Assembly (NCBI GenBank): GCA_003555465.1
Contig: PWIB01000046.1
Coordinates: 1-47,986, forward strand
Reading direction: 5' to 3'
DNA from: Candidatus Aenigmatarchaeota archaeon
GTDB lineage: Archaea > Aenigmatarchaeota > Aenigmatarchaeia > PWEA01
DNA: 47,986 bases
In this document: piece by piece, positions 8,309-15,325 of the stretch
Layout of the letters: every line of letters starts with the position of its first letter
How positions within the stretch are numbered: position 1 is the first letter of the stretch
Program-made: the position numbers and the translations under genes
Notes under the pieces: model-generated
What the model was told of the DNA's origin: nothing
Databases searched by the model: none
The model's input: only the letters and a program-made list of their open reading frames with translations

Positions 8309-9868
8309 CTACATGAATGACTCTGCATCTTCCTCCCTCTGTTCGCTTTCATCCATGTACTGCTTAGCTGCTTCCTCGAGAGGCATACCCCTTTCGTTCT
8401 CCTTGCTCTTTCTCTCTCTGATCTGGGCAAAAAGAGGGTAGTTAACTGCTTCGCCAACTACAAAGGCCTCGCCTACCCGAAGAGAGGAGATGGTTTCAAG
8501 AACGTCACTTGTGAGGCCTTCGCTGCTTTTGCCTATATGATCCTGGTCGTAGGGATTTGTGATTCTCATTATTATCTTTGTGTTGCACTGTGAAAGCGCC
8601 GTCGTATCCAGCTTTATAGGCCTCTGTGATATCAGGCATAGAGAGGAATGGAACTTTCTTCCTTCCCGGGCTATCCTCTGTATAACAGGCCTTGAAAGAG
8701 CGTTTCTCCTCTTCTTGCCTTCAGGAACAAAGTTGTGAGCCTCCTCGAGGACAAAGAGGAATGGTGGTATCTCGCTGTTCTGTCTCTTGAAGAAAAGTTT
8801 TCTGGCCAGATAGGTTACGAGCATCTGCCTCTCCTCCAAGGAAGTAAGATCAGAGATATCTATTATTGCTGCTTCACCAGGACTCACAAGATCCTCCACA
8901 GGCGGATTGTCCGCGACTCCGAAAAGTCCTGTTCTCTCCAACTGAGAAATCTCAGAAATGAGAACTTCTTTGGTTGAGGACTTTATGGACTCGTCCTTGG
9001 CAACATAGTCCGCTATGTCCGAAAGGCTGTAGGTCTCACCGGACTTGTCCTTTTTTATCTCCCTTAAGATTCTCCCTATCTCCCTCCTCTGTGCTCCTGA
9101 GAGGTTTGGTTTAAGGTTGAAGAACAAAGAGGGTGTCAGGTTCGAGGCTCCTATCTTGAAGTCCTTGCCTCTAACAACCCTTGTTCTGCTCCTGTATTTC
9201 TCATCGTCTCCAAAGCCTATGTACTCGCCATGTGTATCTATTATTACAGTTCCTACCTGCCCCGAATCCTCGTCTCTGTCCAGAAGCTCCTCTATCATTA
9301 CAGAAGTCAGGTAGGACTTCCCTGCACCAGAGAGAGCAAGTATGGACATATGCTTCTGGAGAAGCCTCGTCATAGAAAGCTTGACAGGAAGTTCATGGTG
9401 ACCTACCGTTCCTATATGAAGACCGTCTTCGTTGTCCAGGCCTAGGAAATCAGAAAGTATATCCTCCTTTATCATCTTAACTTCGGTTCCAGGCGACGGC
9501 GGAAAGGTAGCGCGCCTTATCTGACCGTCGTTGTAAACTCCGAGGGGCCTTGCCTCACCCACGAGGTATTCCCATCTCTCCGCCGGAAAAATCTCAGTTA
9601 GCTTCTTGCCTTTACGCTCGTACTCGCGGACGGACTCTGCTCTGTCAAAGTACCGATTGGTTTTATAGATGTCCGAGACGCGGGCTATAAGCCTTCCTTC
9701 CTCGGAGCCGAGCATTATGAACTGGTTCTGTCTGACCGGAATGTCACCTGAGTCCTCGTCGATGACGAAGCTGAACTGCGACGCAGAAGGCCCATCGGGC
9801 GTTGAAATAACTGTTCCTATCTGTTCCGTCATATTAATCCTTGATAACATACTACTAAGTTTTCTCAT
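8309..9868 (-). CDS. herA: HerA-type hexameric DNA helicase/translocase
   Basis: N-terminal HAS-barrel-like region (IGTVISTPDGPSASQFSFVI), Walker A LSGAGKSY, Walker B VLEEAHNF. The true start may be the internal ATG at 9832 (MTEQIG...). Confidence 0.85.
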   Translation of the reverse strand: MRKLSSMLSRINMTEQIGTVISTPDGPSASQFSFVIDEDSGDIPVRQNQFIMLGSEEGRLIARVSDIYKTNRYFDRAESVREYERKGKKLTEIFPAERWEYLVGEARPLGVYNDGQIRRATFPPSPGTEVKMIKEDILSDFLGLDNEDGLHIGTVGHHELPVKLSMTRLLQKHMSILALSGAGKSYLTSVMIEELLDRDEDSGQVGTVIIDTHGEYIGFGDDEKYRSRTRVVRGKDFKIGASNLTPSLFFNLKPNLSGAQRREIGRILREIKKDKSGETYSLSDIADYVAKDESIKSSTKEVLISEISQLERTGLFGVADNPPVEDLVSPGEAAIIDISDLTSLEERQMLVTYLARKLFFKRQNSEIPPFLFVLEEAHNFVPEGKKRRNALSRPVIQRIAREGRKFHSSLCLISQRPIKLDTTALSQCNTKIIMRITNPYDQDHIGKSSEGLTSDVLETISSLRVGEAFVVGEAVNYPLFAQIRERKSKENERGMPLEEAAKQYMDESEQREEDAESFM

Positions 9869-10003
9869 TTACAAATGCTTTGGTTCTTCATTAGTTGAAG
9901 ATTAACAATATGTAGTTTAAGTTAAGGGCGACTGTGTTGTAAGAGTTCTCCACTTTGAAGCTGTGACTAAGGTCTTTAGAAAGGTCAGGGTGAGATGTAG
10001 TGC

Positions 10004-10020
10004 CTAAAATAAAAGAAAGG
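10004..10020 (-). terminator. T-rich tract after the Cys-array mini-gene
   Basis: The minus strand reads CCTTTCTTTTATTTTAGG directly after the stop at 10023. Confidence 0.3.
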
Positions 10021-10022
10021 GG

Positions 10023-10205
10023 TTACTGGAGTTCGTCCAGTCTTTCCTCTACTGCTTTGAGCTCTTTCTCTAGCTCCTCTTTGTACTCTTGGAGCCTCCT
10101 TGCTTTTTCTTCCTCAGTCCTGAACCTTCTCCAGCCGTGGTGTCCGCAGGTGCAGCCACAAGAACATCCACACGAGCAGCCGCAGTTGCAGTCTGTTCCG
10201 CACAT
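10023..10205 (-). CDS. Cys-array mini-protein (metallothionein-like N-terminus plus coiled-coil tail)
   Basis: The 60-aa sequence is MCGTDCNCGCSCGCSCGCTCGHHGW, then RRFRTEEEKARRLQEYKEELEKELKAVEERLDELQ. It has 9 Cys in the first 20 residues. TATA CTTTATATAG lies about 25 nt upstream of the ATG (leaderless geometry), and a T-tract follows the stop. Confidence 0.6.
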   Translation of the reverse strand: MCGTDCNCGCSCGCSCGCTCGHHGWRRFRTEEEKARRLQEYKEELEKELKAVEERLDELQ

Positions 10206-10225
10206 GGTATCACACAGTAACCTAC

Positions 10226-10248
10226 TATATAAAGTGAAGTATTTAAAT
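10226..10248. promoter_or_regulatory. back-to-back TATA boxes of a divergent promoter pair
   Basis: TATATAAA (serves the minus gene, ATG 10205) and TATTTAAAT (serves the plus gene, ATG 10301, with SD AGGTGA at 10291-10296). Confidence 0.45.
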
Positions 10249-10300
10249 CCAGAAGTTAACTAATGTAAAGGTACTGGGAAAAACTAAAGCAGGTGAACAG

Positions 10301-10654
10301 ATGTCCAAAAAGAACGAGGAATGTTGCTGCGAAGACAGCGTCTGTCTATGTTCGACGGAAGGAGTTTTAGATCTCATATCAAAGAAGTGGACCTTGTGTA
10401 TAGTAAACCATCTCGGAAGTAAAGAAGAGGGGTACAGGTTCAACGAGCTGGAGCGGTCCATGGACGGTATAAGCCCGAAGTCCCTTTCGAACAGACTGAA
10501 GGAAATGGAAGAACAAGGATTGGTGGAGCGGAAGGTGAAGGACACAAATCCACCGGAGGTCAGGTATATACTCACAGAAGACGGAAGAGAGATGAACGAA
10601 AAACTGAGACCGCTTCTGGAGTGGATAGATCAGAGAAGTGAAGGCGTGCTTTAA
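10301..10654 (+). CDS. HxlR/DUF24-family winged-helix regulator with Cys-rich N-terminus
   Basis: Core LDLISKKWTLCIVNHL...YRFNELERSMDGISPKSLSNRLKEMEEQGLVERKV...PPEVRYILTEDG is typical HxlR. The N-terminal ECCCEDSVCLC cluster is unusual. Confidence 0.8.
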   Translation: MSKKNEECCCEDSVCLCSTEGVLDLISKKWTLCIVNHLGSKEEGYRFNELERSMDGISPKSLSNRLKEMEEQGLVERKVKDTNPPEVRYILTEDGREMNEKLRPLLEWIDQRSEGVL

Positions 10655-10815
10655 AAACATAAATTCTACAACAAAGGAAAGGCACAAGGGAAATATCTGA
10701 GTTTATATTTGAGGAGTGAGAGGGACCACAGAAGTATACCAAGGCTCAAATCTTCAAACACAGACTTGATCGCAACATATAAAACATTAAATTAATGGAA
10801 GAAGTTAGAGGAAAC

Positions 10816-11340
10816 ATGTTGGAACTTGAGCGTACATTTCTGGCGAAGTACCTTCCTGAATTAGAAGGTTGTGAGAAGGTAAGGATAAAGGACATCTACG
10901 TTCCTGTAGATATGAAACATCCTGTTATAAGGATACGTATGAAAGGAGACAGCTACATGATAACCAAGAAGGAGCCGGAGGACGGTGATGCATCGGCACA
11001 GAACGAGTATACTATACCGCTCACCGAGGAGGAGTTCCGTGCCTTTGAGGGAGTAGAGGGAAAGGAGCTTGTCAAAGTCCGATACTACATGGACTGGAAG
11101 GAGAGGACGGCCGAAATAGACGTCTTCGGTGGAAAGCTTGAAGGGTTGGTTCTCGTGGACTTTGAATTTGACACAAAGGAAGAAAAGGAGAACTTTGAGC
11201 CTCCTGAGTTCTGCCTTGCAGATGTCACGCAGGAGGAGTTTATAGCTGGTGGCATGCTTTGCGGTAAGAGCTATGGAGATATAAAGAAAAAATTGGAAAA
11301 ATGGAACTACGAACCCGTGGGAACTGACCGCAATATATAA
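10816..11340 (+). CDS. CYTH-domain (triphosphate tunnel metalloenzyme) protein
   Basis: N-terminal MLELERTFL resembles the ExExK start of CYTH proteins, here ELERT. It also carries VIRIRMKG, VKVRYY and IDVFGGKLEGLVLVDFEF. The TATA position favours the ATG at 10816 over 10795. Confidence 0.7.
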   Translation: MLELERTFLAKYLPELEGCEKVRIKDIYVPVDMKHPVIRIRMKGDSYMITKKEPEDGDASAQNEYTIPLTEEEFRAFEGVEGKELVKVRYYMDWKERTAEIDVFGGKLEGLVLVDFEFDTKEEKENFEPPEFCLADVTQEEFIAGGMLCGKSYGDIKKKLEKWNYEPVGTDRNI

Positions 11341-11378
11341 AACCTTGAGGGAAAAAATAGTTGGAAGTTGGTGTCGAA

Positions 11379-11975
11379 ATGAAGATATTTGCGCTTGCGG
11401 ACCCGCACGGAAACATGAAGCTCTTGAGGGAAGTTCTGGACGAGGTCAACAGTAAAAACTACGACGTATTTCTCGGTCTGGGTGACTTCATGTCGAAGAA
11501 GTTTTTCTCAGAGCTCGTGACAAACCTCGACGTAGAGAAGAAGTCATTCATTCCTGGAAACAGGGACTACGGGATGAAGAAGCTCCCCTATCTTAAAAAT
11601 ACAGACAGCTTCGACTTTGATGGAATTAGGTTCGCAATGATAGGTTCACATCACTTCCCCAACCTCAAGGAAAAGGTAGTTGAGATGTTCGAGGATGTTG
11701 ACCCGGAAAGGGTCATAGTAGGTTCGCACGAGCCCCCTCAAAGGGCGAGGGACGAAGTACACAGCGGAGCGAGAATAGGTGTACCGGAATTCAGAGAAAT
11801 CATAGATGAAAAGCAGCCTATGGCGTGGTTGTGCGGACACGTGCATGAGGCAGAAGGTGTCTCGACGGTCGGGAACACAAAGGTAGTCAATGCAGCAGCT
11901 TCACAGGAAGTTATGGGCTACAGGCTTACCGTCGAAGACAACAAGCTTCAGGAAGTCAAAAGGCTGGAAAGATGA
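11379..11975 (+). CDS. calcineurin-like metallophosphoesterase
   Basis: Motifs are DPHG, LGDF, GNRDY, GSHEPP, CGHVHE. The likely start is MKIFALADPHG, an internal ATG of ORF 11361. Confidence 0.75.
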   Translation: MKIFALADPHGNMKLLREVLDEVNSKNYDVFLGLGDFMSKKFFSELVTNLDVEKKSFIPGNRDYGMKKLPYLKNTDSFDFDGIRFAMIGSHHFPNLKEKVVEMFEDVDPERVIVGSHEPPQRARDEVHSGARIGVPEFREIIDEKQPMAWLCGHVHEAEGVSTVGNTKVVNAAASQEVMGYRLTVEDNKLQEVKRLER

Positions 11976-12724
11976 AGTTTCTAAAGGAAAAGCCAGCTCT
12001 CCTCCTGGACGAGACTGACAAGAGAACTCTTGTTATAGGTGATCTGCACCTCGGTCTGGAGTACGAAATATACAAAAAAGGTATCTCTATCCCACCAAGA
12101 GTAGACAAACAGAAGGAGAGGATAAACAACCTCATTGGGAAAACCGAAGCCGAAAGAATCATACTTCTTGGCGACGTAAAACACAATGTTCCACAGACCT
12201 CTGTATCAGAAAAAGAAAGGCTTCCGCAGTTCTTTGAGGACCTTTCGCAAAGGGTTGAGGTAAAGATAACAAAGGGGAATCACGACGGAAATATAGAGAA
12301 ACTGGTGGAAGGCACAAATGTAGAAATAACGCCCACAGAAGGGTTCAGGGAAGGTAAGTTTTACTTCAACCACGGTCAGTCGTGGCCAGGTAAAGAGATA
12401 AAGGACTCAGAGATACTCATAAGAGGCCATTCACATCCTGCCGTTGAATTCAAAGACAGCCTCGGATTTTCTTCGACCGTTCCCTGCTGGGTAAGAGGCC
12501 CGACAAGGAGGAAGGTTATCGAGGGGAAATATGAAGAGGACGTGGACCTGGAAGAGATAATAATACTTCCGGCTTTCAATCAGCTTTTAACCGGGATGCC
12601 TATGAACAAAGAAGAGGGGAAGAATCTTTTAGGACCTATACTGGAAAACGAAGCTATGGATGTAGACGAATCAAAGGTTCACCTTCTCGATGGAACTTAT
12701 ATTGGAAAGCTCGAGGATCTTTAG
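11972..12724 (+). CDS. SbcD/Mre11-related archaeal phosphoesterase (paralog of 23079..23834)
   Basis: Motifs are GDLHLG, LLGDVKHN, GNHD, GHSHPAV, ILPAFN. A 4-nt ATGA overlap with the upstream gene indicates an operon. Confidence 0.75.
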   Translation: MKFLKEKPALLLDETDKRTLVIGDLHLGLEYEIYKKGISIPPRVDKQKERINNLIGKTEAERIILLGDVKHNVPQTSVSEKERLPQFFEDLSQRVEVKITKGNHDGNIEKLVEGTNVEITPTEGFREGKFYFNHGQSWPGKEIKDSEILIRGHSHPAVEFKDSLGFSSTVPCWVRGPTRRKVIEGKYEEDVDLEEIIILPAFNQLLTGMPMNKEEGKNLLGPILENEAMDVDESKVHLLDGTYIGKLEDL

Positions 12725-13803
12725 AAAGGTCTCTCGTCCCTCCTGAGCTTGTAAAGCGAAGGTACGTCGCCGACCTTGTCCTGTAAAGACGAATATATGA
12801 ACTGCAGTTCCTCCTCCTTCAGGCTTGCTCTCTTGTCTGCTTCAATAAGAACAGTCGGTATAGCATACTCCTCATTGTCGGCCGAAAGCGAAAGAAGCCT
12901 TGAAGCTACTCTGTCGGCTGTTTCAGCAGGGTCCTCCGAAGCGTAGAAGTCGACCCTCAGAGGTCTGTCGTATTTCGTAGCTTTGAGGTAAAAAGAGTAT
13001 ATGTTTTCAAGTATACTCTTTGGAAGATAGGACTTATCGAAATCATCACAGTATCGGAAATAAGATGTCCTCTCACCTTGTTTCAATACATGAAACAGAA
13101 GATTAGTATCTCTTGTTCCCTTTAGAATTTCCTTAAGCTTCCTTTTCTTTTCGCTTCTGACCCTTTCGAGTATATCGTCGGAAACTATCTTCGAGAACTT
13201 CCTTGACCTGGAATCCTCGGAAACTCCTGCCAGAAGGCAAGGTGGGTTGCTTAAAATTTTGTCGTATATCTCAACAACTTCTTCAAACTTCTCCTCGACA
13301 TCCGAACTATCGCCAGGATTGGTTGAGGGATGAGGTACTATAGAACCGTCCATTATAAGGAGGCTTAGATCCTCCCTGTCCATTGATTTCAGCGCAACGT
13401 TGGCTTCTATCTCCATCCTCTCAAGGTTGGCTGCCAGAGAAAAGTCCTCCCTTGAAAGAGGTTCAGTGAAAACAGAGAGCTTAGGCGTAGGCAGAGAACT
13501 GGGGAAGTAGCTTACGTTTTCCAACCCATCTTTAAACTCAAATACCACAGCTACAGCCTTGGTTAGAACCAGGTCGACAGCATGGTAAGACTTTTTAAGA
13601 AGGCCTCCGTCTATGCCACAGATGCTTTCGCCGTCCAGATCTGCTTCCTCCACCTCTATAGATATCTTCTTCTCAGGAATCTTTCTTCCTTCTATCTCTG
13701 CGTCCTTAACTTCTTGGAGAAAGTTCCCCAGTCTCTTCCTCTTGTTTTCCAGCCTCTCTACTTGTCCTGCTATATCGTCGAGTTCAGAAAGAATCTCCTG
13801 CAT
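12721..13803 (-). CDS. nurA: NurA-family nuclease
   Basis: NurA-like motifs are ICGIDGG...AVDLVL and LLIMDGSIVPHP, with a C-terminal IPTVLIEADK. It is 360 aa and genomically detached from herA. Confidence 0.7.
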   Translation of the reverse strand: MQEILSELDDIAGQVERLENKRKRLGNFLQEVKDAEIEGRKIPEKKISIEVEEADLDGESICGIDGGLLKKSYHAVDLVLTKAVAVVFEFKDGLENVSYFPSSLPTPKLSVFTEPLSREDFSLAANLERMEIEANVALKSMDREDLSLLIMDGSIVPHPSTNPGDSSDVEEKFEEVVEIYDKILSNPPCLLAGVSEDSRSRKFSKIVSDDILERVRSEKKRKLKEILKGTRDTNLLFHVLKQGERTSYFRYCDDFDKSYLPKSILENIYSFYLKATKYDRPLRVDFYASEDPAETADRVASRLLSLSADNEEYAIPTVLIEADKRASLKEEELQFIYSSLQDKVGDVPSLYKLRRDERPF

Positions 13804-13870
13804 AACTTAAATAAATCCTGCCAAATTAATAAAACTAGCCAGTATTATTTCAGCAGCGAGACCAGGTAAA

Positions 13871-14155
13871 ATGGACCATGAAATAATAAAGGAAGGTATA
13901 GAGAGGATCCGTGGGCTACCGACCTTTTCAAGGATACGTGATGAACTGAGAGAGAAGTTTGCTCTGAAAGTCGACGAGGTGGAGCTGGAGGAAAATCTGG
14001 ATGAAATGATGAGACAAGGAAAGATCAAAGAGAAGGAAACCACAATAAAGGGAGCTAGGTTCAAAGGATACACCGTAGTCGAGGAGGAAACGGAGGAAGA
14101 GGAAGAAGAGGAGAAATCAAAGGAAGAGGAGGTAATAGATGAGGTATTTGGCTGA
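13871..14155 (+). CDS. hypothetical small acidic protein (possible winged-helix)
   Basis: 94 aa. LDEMMRQGKIKEKETTIKGARFKGYTV looks like a helix plus wing, followed by a poly-E tail. Divergent from nurA. Confidence 0.4.
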   Translation: MDHEIIKEGIERIRGLPTFSRIRDELREKFALKVDEVELEENLDEMMRQGKIKEKETTIKGARFKGYTVVEEETEEEEEEEKSKEEEVIDEVFG

Positions 14156-14345
14156 AAATACACTTTCAATGGTAAAAATACTGAAAGATGGTAATTCAAA
14201 GTCTGGGCTAATGGGAAAGCTTATCAAGTTGTTTCTAGCAGGGCTTGTGTTTATTTTTATAACATGGCTACTATTCGGCGAGGCAATTCACCCCAAGCAA
14301 CTTATCCTTCTGCCGTTTTACGCTCTTATGGAGGCAGGTGCTTAG
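14139..14345 (+). CDS. hypothetical small membrane protein
   Basis: 68 aa with hydrophobic segments LFLAGLVFIFITWLLF and LILLPFYALM. A strong SD GAGGAGGT lies 5 nt before the ATG, overlapping the upstream gene's end. Confidence 0.45.
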   Translation: MRYLAENTLSMVKILKDGNSKSGLMGKLIKLFLAGLVFIFITWLLFGEAIHPKQLILLPFYALMEAGA

Positions 14346-14498
14346 TCACAGAAGCGTGTAGCTACTTTCCTTCTCGGGTCTGTTAACTTCATGGCAACCT
14401 TTGCACTTGGTAACCTTTTCAGAATCACGGGGATTTTTAACAAAACCAAGGTTAGCCCCATCAAGCTCACAACCACAGACGTCACACTTCAAAGCCAT
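14346..14498 (-). CDS. small zinc-ribbon protein (50 aa), below the ORF-track cut-off
   Basis: Manual reverse translation gives MALKCDVCGCELDGANLGFVKNPRDSEKVTKCKGCHEVNRPEKESSYTLL. CxxC...CxxC arrangement. The SD GGAGGTGA lies 5 nt upstream of the ATG. Confidence 0.55.
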   Translation of the reverse strand: MALKCDVCGCELDGANLGFVKNPRDSEKVTKCKGCHEVNRPEKESSYTLL

Positions 14499-14645
14499 AG
14501 CTTTCACCTCCTAACAACCTTTCAGAGAAAATCCTTTTCAAGATATTTCATATTTACCCTGTAGCTATATAAAATCTTTGTTGTTACCTTAAAGGAAATA
14601 AAGGTTCCATTAAAGCTTTTTAACGACCACTGATTAAGTTAATCT

Positions 14646-14972
14646 ATGCCTAAATGCAACAAATGTGGGAAAAGCTTTGACTCCGAGAAAGGTGTAAAAA
14701 TCCACAAATCACAGGTCCATGAAAAGGATTCTGAAAAAGCAAGCGAGGTAAAAACTATCAAGAACCTAGAAGTAAAGTCAGTAAAGCCCTGGCTACTTGC
14801 CGGCGTAATAATAATTCTGGGTGCAGCTCTAATACTGGTGTCTGGCGCCGAAGGCGAAATCGAGGAAGACAGCGAAGTAGACGAGTCCTTCAGCAGGGAC
14901 CTCAAACTTGTGGTCGATGAAAACGTAACAGATGACGATGTAGAGGAAGGTGATAACCATTCCGAGGGATGA
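14646..14972 (+). CDS. membrane-anchored C2H2-type zinc-finger protein
   Basis: CNKCGKSFDSEKGVKIHKSQVH fits C-x2-C-x12-H-x4-H. It is followed by the TM helix WLLAGVIIILGAALILV and an acidic tail. Confidence 0.5.
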   Translation: MPKCNKCGKSFDSEKGVKIHKSQVHEKDSEKASEVKTIKNLEVKSVKPWLLAGVIIILGAALILVSGAEGEIEEDSEVDESFSRDLKLVVDENVTDDDVEEGDNHSEG

Positions 14973-15285
14973 TGATAAGAGAAGGGCGCCTGCAGTACAC
15001 AAAAAAATCGAAAACATAGAGGAAGGAGATATAAGGGTAGCTGTAATAGGCACCGTTGTTGACAAGGGCGAAACCAAAGTAGTGGTCGATGACGGCACGG
15101 GAAGCATTGACATAGGCTTTGATCTTTCCAAGGATTTAGGAAAGTTCGATGAAGGTGGTCTTGTAAGGGCCGTCGGAAGGCCTTCAAATGGCTCAATGGA
15201 CGGAGAAGCCATACAGGACTTCGAGGACTTCGATGTAGAACTCTACAGAAAGACAAAGGACAGACTGAAAGAGCTCAGGGATTGA
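14950..15285 (+). CDS. OB-fold nucleic-acid-binding protein
   Basis: IENIEEGDIRVAVIGTVVDKGETKVVVDDGTGSIDIGF is a typical tRNA/helicase-type OB-fold start. GTG start overlaps the upstream gene by 23 nt in another frame. Confidence 0.5.
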   Translation: MITIPRDDDKRRAPAVHKKIENIEEGDIRVAVIGTVVDKGETKVVVDDGTGSIDIGFDLSKDLGKFDEGGLVRAVGRPSNGSMDGEAIQDFEDFDVELYRKTKDRLKELRD

Positions 15286-15325
15286 AGTTTCTAAAGATAA
15301 AAGTCTCACCGACATAAATATAACT

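Noticed and set aside
14639-15256. 205-aa minus-strand ORF
   Set aside because: It is antisense to the C2H2 and OB-fold genes, is rich in Pro, Ser and Leu, and has no motif, promoter or SD support.
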